Under the pieces are notes generated by a model that ran no database searches, was not told where the DNA came from, and was given only the letters and a program-made list of their open reading frames with translations. Shown here in pieces: positions 24,714 through 32,000 of a DNA stretch of 32,000 nucleotides. The stretch covers positions 9,044 through 41,043 of the forward strand of contig NZ_SODD01000019.1 in NCBI RefSeq assembly GCF_004365815.1, written 5' to 3'. A program made the translations under genes and the position numbers. The first letter of the stretch is position 1. Every line of letters begins with the position of its first letter. The stretch comes from Breznakia blatticola (GTDB lineage Bacteria > Bacillota_I > Bacilli_A > Erysipelotrichales > Erysipelotrichaceae).

Positions 24714-25214
24714 CTACGCCTCCATATCTCTGTATTTACGTAAGATACCGTCAACTTCTTCAACAGTAACCTTTCCGTAAACATCTTCATTTACTAAGAT
24801 AACTGGTGCTAAACCACAAGCACCAACACAACGAGTTGCATCAATTGAGAATAATCCATCCTCTGTACAACCACCTGCTTTGATGTTTAATTTGTTTTGG
24901 ATTTCATCCAATACTTTATCTGCACCTTTTACGTAACATGCAGTTCCCATACAAACACTAATTTTGTATTTACCTTTTGGTACGAGTGAGAACTGTGAGT
25001 AGAATGTAACTACTCCATAGATTTCAGATAATGATTTATCTAAACCGTTAGCGATCATTTTTTGCACTTCTAAAGGTAAGTACCCATAGATTTCTTGCGC
25101 TTCTTGCAAGACAGGCATCAACCCACCGCGTTGATCTTTATGTTTAGCAATCACTTCATTAAGCAAATCTTCTTGCTCTTTAGTTCCTTGAAACGGAACG
25201 ACTTTTTCTGACAT
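24714..25214 (-). CDS. hydC: NuoE-like [2Fe-2S] subunit (HydC/HndA)
   Basis: 166 aa with C..C...C(35)C pattern: SVCMGTACYVKG...CVGACGLAP. Confidence 0.9.
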   Translation of the reverse strand: MSEKVVPFQGTKEQEDLLNEVIAKHKDQRGGLMPVLQEAQEIYGYLPLEVQKMIANGLDKSLSEIYGVVTFYSQFSLVPKGKYKISVCMGTACYVKGADKVLDEIQNKLNIKAGGCTEDGLFSIDATRCVGACGLAPVILVNEDVYGKVTVEEVDGILRKYRDMEA

Positions 25215-25433
25215 TCGCGATCCTCCTTAAAATTCTTATGCGCTCATAGACTATTATAGTATAAATAAGTTCAGTTTTCCACAACTTTAGAAAAAGATTG
25301 AAAGCACTACCAGACCTGTATTTATCGATATTTTTGTTAGTTGAAGGTAACTATAAAACATGCACTACACACCTTTCCTAACGTATTCATTTTCCATAGA
25401 AAAAGTGCCATTTTAAAGGATTTGTCTAATACT

Positions 25434-25464
25434 AATAAAAAAAGAATCAACCTTTCGATCAATT
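25434..25464 (-). terminator. intrinsic terminator after the UPF0210 gene
   Basis: Minus RNA gaauugauc-gaaa-gguugauuc (9 bp including G-U pairs, GNRA loop) followed by U7. Confidence 0.65.
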
Positions 25465-25482
25465 CTCTCCTCATTATATAGA

Positions 25483-26841
25483 TTAGTTTTTCAAACTTTG
25501 AAGTGGTGCTGGGATTTTTCCTTTACGGTTAATCATTACACTACAGTCTGTTTGGTTAATTTTCATAACTGGTCCAGATCCTAGTAGTCCACCAAATTCA
25601 AGTTCATCTCCAACATCTTTTCCAATTGCTGGGATAAGACGTACTGCAGTAGTTTTTGAGTTTACCATACCAATTGCAGCTTCATCTGCAATAATTCCTG
25701 AAATCACTGATGCACTTGTGTATCCAGGTACAACAATCATATCTAGTCCAACACTACATACAGCTGTCATCGCTTCTAGTTTTTCAAGTGTTAAAACACC
25801 TTTGCGTGTGGCTTCAATCATTCCTGCATCTTCACTCACTGGAATAAATGCTCCAGAAAGTCCTCCAACAGAGCTACTTGCCATAACTCCACCTTTTTTA
25901 ACCGCGTCATTTAACATGGCTAAACATGCAGTAGTTCCATATGCTCCACATACATCAAGACCCATTTCTTCAAGAATGTAAGCAACTGAATCTCCTACAG
26001 CAGGTGTTGGTGCTAATGATAAATCCACAATTCCAAATGGCACACCAAGGCGTTCACTTGCTAAGTTACCAACCATTTGCCCCATTCTTGTGATTTTAAA
26101 TGCAGTCTTTTTAATTAAGTCTGCAATTTCATCCATTGGTAAATCCTTTGGTGCTTTGGCAAGTGCTGCACGAACAACACCTGGACCACTAACTCCAACA
26201 TGTAATACAACATCAGGCTCTCCAACTCCGTGGAATGCTCCAGCCATAAATGGGTTATCTTCTGGTGCATTACAGAATACAACTAATTTAGCTGCCCCAA
26301 TACATTGGCGATCTTTTGTTAGTTCACTAGCCTCTACAATTTTGCGTCCCATTAATTCAACAGCATTCATATTAATTCCTGCTTTTGTTGAACCGATGTT
26401 TACCGAAGCACAAACATGTTCTGTTTCTGCTAAGGCACGAGGAATACTTTCCATTAATTCGCGGTCTCCAGCGGCACACCCTTTTTGAACAAGCGCACTG
26501 TATCCACCAATAAAGTTAACACCTACAGCTTGTGCACATTTTTCTAATACATGTGCATACTTAACAGGGTCTCCCCCACTAACAGCAACAAGCATTGAAA
26601 TTGGTGTAACAGAAATACGTTTATTAATGATAGGAATTCCATATTCCTTTTCAATTTGTTCACCAACAGCCACTAAGTTTTTTGCTTTTGTTGTAATCTT
26701 GTTGTAGATCTTCTCACAAGATTTATCTATATCGGCATCTGCACAGTCTAAAAGTGAAATACCCATGGTAATCGTACGGACATCAAGATCTTCTTCATTG
26801 ATCATCTTGATCGTTTCAAGTATGTTATCGACATTAATCAT
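25483..26841 (-). CDS. UPF0210 (DUF711) family protein, function unknown
   Basis: 452 aa. N-terminus ...[27 protein letters not shown]... is characteristic of UPF0210. It is paired with an upstream small ACT protein, as in many Firmicutes. Confidence 0.85.
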   Translation of the reverse strand: MINVDNILETIKMINEEDLDVRTITMGISLLDCADADIDKSCEKIYNKITTKAKNLVAVGEQIEKEYGIPIINKRISVTPISMLVAVSGGDPVKYAHVLEKCAQAVGVNFIGGYSALVQKGCAAGDRELMESIPRALAETEHVCASVNIGSTKAGINMNAVELMGRKIVEASELTKDRQCIGAAKLVVFCNAPEDNPFMAGAFHGVGEPDVVLHVGVSGPGVVRAALAKAPKDLPMDEIADLIKKTAFKITRMGQMVGNLASERLGVPFGIVDLSLAPTPAVGDSVAYILEEMGLDVCGAYGTTACLAMLNDAVKKGGVMASSSVGGLSGAFIPVSEDAGMIEATRKGVLTLEKLEAMTAVCSVGLDMIVVPGYTSASVISGIIADEAAIGMVNSKTTAVRLIPAIGKDVGDELEFGGLLGSGPVMKINQTDCSVMINRKGKIPAPLQSLKN

Positions 26842-26852
26842 AGAAACACTCC

Positions 26853-27122
26853 TTAAATTGTGTGCATAGATTTAAAGATATCTTCATGCATAACATGAAT
26901 ATCTAAACCTTTGCTTTTCCCAAATGCTTCCATGTCATCAACAAACATTGTAAATTCTGTTGCTAATTGATCTACCTCAACTAACATAATCATTACAAAC
27001 ATATCGTCCATAATCGTTTGTGATACATCCACAACATTTGCTTTTGCTTCTGCACATTTGTTTGAAACGTTTGCTAAAATTCCAACTCCATCTTTTCCAA
27101 CTACACTTATTACTGCGCGCAT
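26853..27122 (-). CDS. UPF0237 family ACT-domain protein
   Basis: [20 protein letters not shown]... is an ACT fold start. I chose the start at 27122 because GAGGAGG lies 7 nt upstream. The longer track ORF start (27146) has no SD. Confidence 0.85.
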   Translation of the reverse strand: MRAVISVVGKDGVGILANVSNKCAEAKANVVDVSQTIMDDMFVMIMLVEVDQLATEFTMFVDDMEAFGKSKGLDIHVMHEDIFKSMHTI

Positions 27123-27180
27123 AACTTTTCCTCCTCTTACAAACAATTGTATTCATACTGCGAACACTTTCATTTTTTCT

Positions 27181-27209
27181 ATTATATGAAATATGCACAA
27201 GAAACACAA
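27181..27209 (-). promoter_or_regulatory. candidate promoter for the UPF0237/UPF0210 pair (TTGTGT-17-TATAAT)
   Basis: On the minus strand, -35 TTGTGT (27204-27209), 17-nt spacer, -10 TATAAT (27181-27186). The AT-rich context makes chance matches likely. Confidence 0.35.
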
Positions 27210-27297
27210 TAAAATTATGCCTTAGTTTTCCTGTATTACTCATGTAAACGCTATATTTAATATATCCATATTTTATATACATCAAAAATCCAGCTAA

Positions 27298-27341
27298 TTT
27301 GAAAAAGTGAATCGTTTGTTTTCCATCAAATGATCCACTTT
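27298..27341 (-). terminator. intrinsic terminator after the beta-glucoside operon
   Basis: agtggatc / gattcact stem (8 bp, one G-U) with a 20-nt loop, followed by UUUUC on the minus RNA. Confidence 0.5.
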
Positions 27342-27348
27342 CTATTTA

Positions 27349-30611
<3,263 letters not shown>

Positions 30612-30614
30612 GTA

Positions 30615-31460
30615 TTATTCCTCACTTTCATTTCGTTGTGTCACACGGTGAATGTGTAACATTAAATACGTCTCCTCATCTTTTGATAATTCTTTATCAA
30701 ATCGATCCATAAGGTAAACGCGGATCTTGTTGACGCAAATATATGCTTGGGGATACATGATACGAACTTGCTTATTTAGTTCACTATCTTCGCTATTATA
30801 GATCTCCCCTAAATTAATGCGCTGTGCAAAATATTGTAAATGCGTCACAAGACGATTGTAATTCATTGATCCTTCATCAAATTGCATTTGGAAATGGATA
30901 CGAATAATCGTTAAGATATCGTTTACAGTTTCCATTGCTTTGATTGCATCTTTGACATCAACTTGACTTTCTTGCAAGTTGATAAAGTGTAAAGCAATTG
31001 CTACTGCTTCACTTTCAGGAAATTCAATTCCTGTTTCTTCAGACATAATTCTGACTGCTTGCTTCCCAATTTCATAATGATGTGGGTAAAATTTTCTTAC
31101 TTCCCAAGCTAATGGGCTAATAATAAATTGACTTTTTTCAGCTCTTTTTATTGCATAATCAATGTGATCTAGAAGTGTCAAATATAAGTAGTCATTTACT
31201 TTTTCTTCAATGTGTTCTTCAGCATACGTAATAATTTTGAAGGTTGCATCAAGTGTACCTTGCTCCGCATGACTTAATAAATAGCTATAATTTTCTAACA
31301 CGTCGTTGGAATCAGGCACAAATACTTTTTCAACTTCGTCCATTTGTATAGAATCTCCTACTTTTTTCTTAAATGAAATTCCTTTTGATACCACGATTAC
31401 ATCAATTTTGCCACGTTCTACAAGTGCCACATTGTTGTTTAATATTTGACGAATTTTCAC
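30615..31460 (-). CDS. licT: BglG/LicT/SacY-family transcription antiterminator (CAT + PRD1 + PRD2)
   Basis: 281 aa. N-terminal MKIRQILNNNVALV...VVSKGISFKKK is the CAT RNA-binding domain, followed by two PRD regions with conserved His (…ALHFINL…, …MLHIHRV…). GGAGG SD. Confidence 0.9.
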   Translation of the reverse strand: MKIRQILNNNVALVERGKIDVIVVSKGISFKKKVGDSIQMDEVEKVFVPDSNDVLENYSYLLSHAEQGTLDATFKIITYAEEHIEEKVNDYLYLTLLDHIDYAIKRAEKSQFIISPLAWEVRKFYPHHYEIGKQAVRIMSEETGIEFPESEAVAIALHFINLQESQVDVKDAIKAMETVNDILTIIRIHFQMQFDEGSMNYNRLVTHLQYFAQRINLGEIYNSEDSELNKQVRIMYPQAYICVNKIRVYLMDRFDKELSKDEETYLMLHIHRVTQRNESEE

Positions 31461-31477
31461 TGTATTTCCTCCTTTCT

Positions 31478-31528
31478 ACAAAAAGAAAACTCAAACCACA
31501 TAGGAAAAAATCCTTTCGCGGTTTGAGT
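31478..31528 (-). terminator. leader terminator controlled by the RAT/antiterminator
   Basis: Minus RNA acucaaacc(31528-31520)...gguuugagu(31497-31489) 9-bp stem followed by UUUCUUUUU. The 5' arm overlaps the RAT. Confidence 0.8.
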
Positions 31529-31553
31529 CTGCCTGCATTCCAGTAACATACTC
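31520..31553 (-). promoter_or_regulatory. RAT (ribonucleic antiterminator) element
   Basis: Minus strand gagtaTGTTACTGgaatGCAGGCAgactcaaacc matches the B. subtilis RAT core (..TGTTACTG....GCAGGCA..ACC) and overlaps the terminator stem. Confidence 0.8.
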
Positions 31554-31575
31554 ACTCTTCCAGTCTATCGTCGAT

Positions 31576-31589
31576 TGAAAGCGTTTTCT
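31576..31589. promoter_or_regulatory. cre (CcpA catabolite-responsive element)
   Basis: TGAAAGCGTTTTCT matches TGWAANCGNTNWCA at 13 of 14 positions, including the central CG. It lies between the promoter and the RAT. Confidence 0.65.
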
Positions 31590-31603
31590 TGTTTTGTAAT
31601 TCC

Positions 31604-31631
31604 ATAATATCACAAACTGTGTGTATGTCAA
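31604..31631 (-). promoter_or_regulatory. sigma-A promoter of the beta-glucoside operon (TTGACA-16-TGaTATTAT)
   Basis: Minus strand has a perfect -35 TTGACA (31626-31631), a 16-nt spacer, and TGn-extended -10 TATTAT (31604-31609). Confidence 0.7.
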
Positions 31632-31667
31632 CACGATTTGTACAACAATCATAGATTTCTATGACTG

Positions 31668-32000
31668 TTAGTTTTTTCTTTTTAGCTTGTAAGCTCCTAA
31701 TACCATACCACTAGCTAGTAACATCAAGGCAAATACCATTGGTGTTGTACTATCTCCTGTATCAGGTGATGTTGCTGGTTTTGATACAGTGTTATCTTTT
31801 GGTGTATCAACTACTGGCTTTTCGTCTACTGGTTTTTCATCCACTGGTGTATCTTTTGTCTTCTTGATTGTATAAGCATCTACTGTTTCCATAGTATCCG
31901 TACGATATGCTTCCATTGTAAATGTATCATCTGTAAATGACAAGTGCATAAACATTGGTACTTTTGGTTGTGCACGTTTTGCTAGATATTCGTATTCTGT
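31668..32000 (-). CDS. 3' end of a wall-anchored surface protein with (S/P)PxTG-type signal SPDTG (5' part outside window)
   Basis: The frame is open from 31955 up to the window edge (TEYEYLAKRAQPKVPMFMHLSF...). It has a PVDEKPVDEKPVV repeat linker, then SPDTG-DSTTP + hydrophobic helix + KLKRKN*. Confidence 0.75.
   Translation of the reverse strand, partial: TEYEYLAKRAQPKVPMFMHLSFTDDTFTMEAYRTDTMETVDAYTIKKTKDTPVDEKPVDEKPVVDTPKDNTVSKPATSPDTGDSTTPMVFALMLLASGMVLGAYKLKRKN

Noticed and set aside
25267-25284. Rex-like operator (minus strand TTGTGGAAAACTGAACTT) upstream of the hydrogenase operon
   Set aside because: Only the left half-site resembles TTGTGAA. The right half matches about 3 of 7 positions of TTCACAA, which is not enough to call.
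26977-27285. 102-aa minus-strand ORF overlapping the ACT-domain gene and its upstream region
   Set aside because: It is out of frame with the well-supported UPF0237 gene, Lys/Arg/Cys-rich and odd in composition, has no SD, and spans the promoter region.
31649-31664. tcatag-attt-ctatga hairpin after the SPDTG protein gene as its terminator
   Set aside because: It has only a 6-bp A/U-rich stem and a poor U-tract (UUGUUGU). It is plausible but not supportable with confidence.

Overview
Low-GC (by eye roughly one-third GC) Firmicute-type chromosomal segment, probably a gut anaerobe of Erysipelotrichia/Clostridia (a guess from gene content and protein style, not verified). It is almost fully coding, mostly on the minus strand, with clear SD sites and many intrinsic terminators. 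Left to right: a LicC-family nucleotidyltransferase with an N-terminal wHTH (5' truncated), a translationally coupled 117-aa orphan and an acyltransferase-3 membrane protein. Then two adjacent giant secreted multi-domain enzymes: 1487 aa (LamG x2 + metallophosphoesterase + discoidin/CBM32-like) and 2315 aa (GH31 + FN3 + discoidin/CBM32-like modules + dockerin-like + cohesin-like + Big_2). They share a colinear FIVAR stalk and an unusual C-terminal sorting signal. Next come two overlapping lipoprotein genes (one thioredoxin-fold CxxC), a U32-U32-proS operon, a TIGR03905-type TSCPD protein and an EEP-family lipoprotein. Then an electron-bifurcating-type [FeFe] hydrogenase operon (NuoE-like, NuoF-like, HydA), the conserved unknown-function pair UPF0237 (ACT)/UPF0210, and a licT-bglP-bglH-like beta-glucoside operon with promoter, cre, RAT and leader terminator. 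The window ends with the 3' end of a third anchored surface protein (SPDTG). I found no rRNA, tRNA, CRISPR, transposase, integrase or recognisable defence genes. The most unusual content is the surface-enzyme pair: shared chassis, non-LPXTG signal, dockerin/cohesin adjacency and a LamG-phosphoesterase head. I cannot show that any of it is an undescribed system. All domain calls rest on motif recognition by eye and need HMM or structure confirmation.
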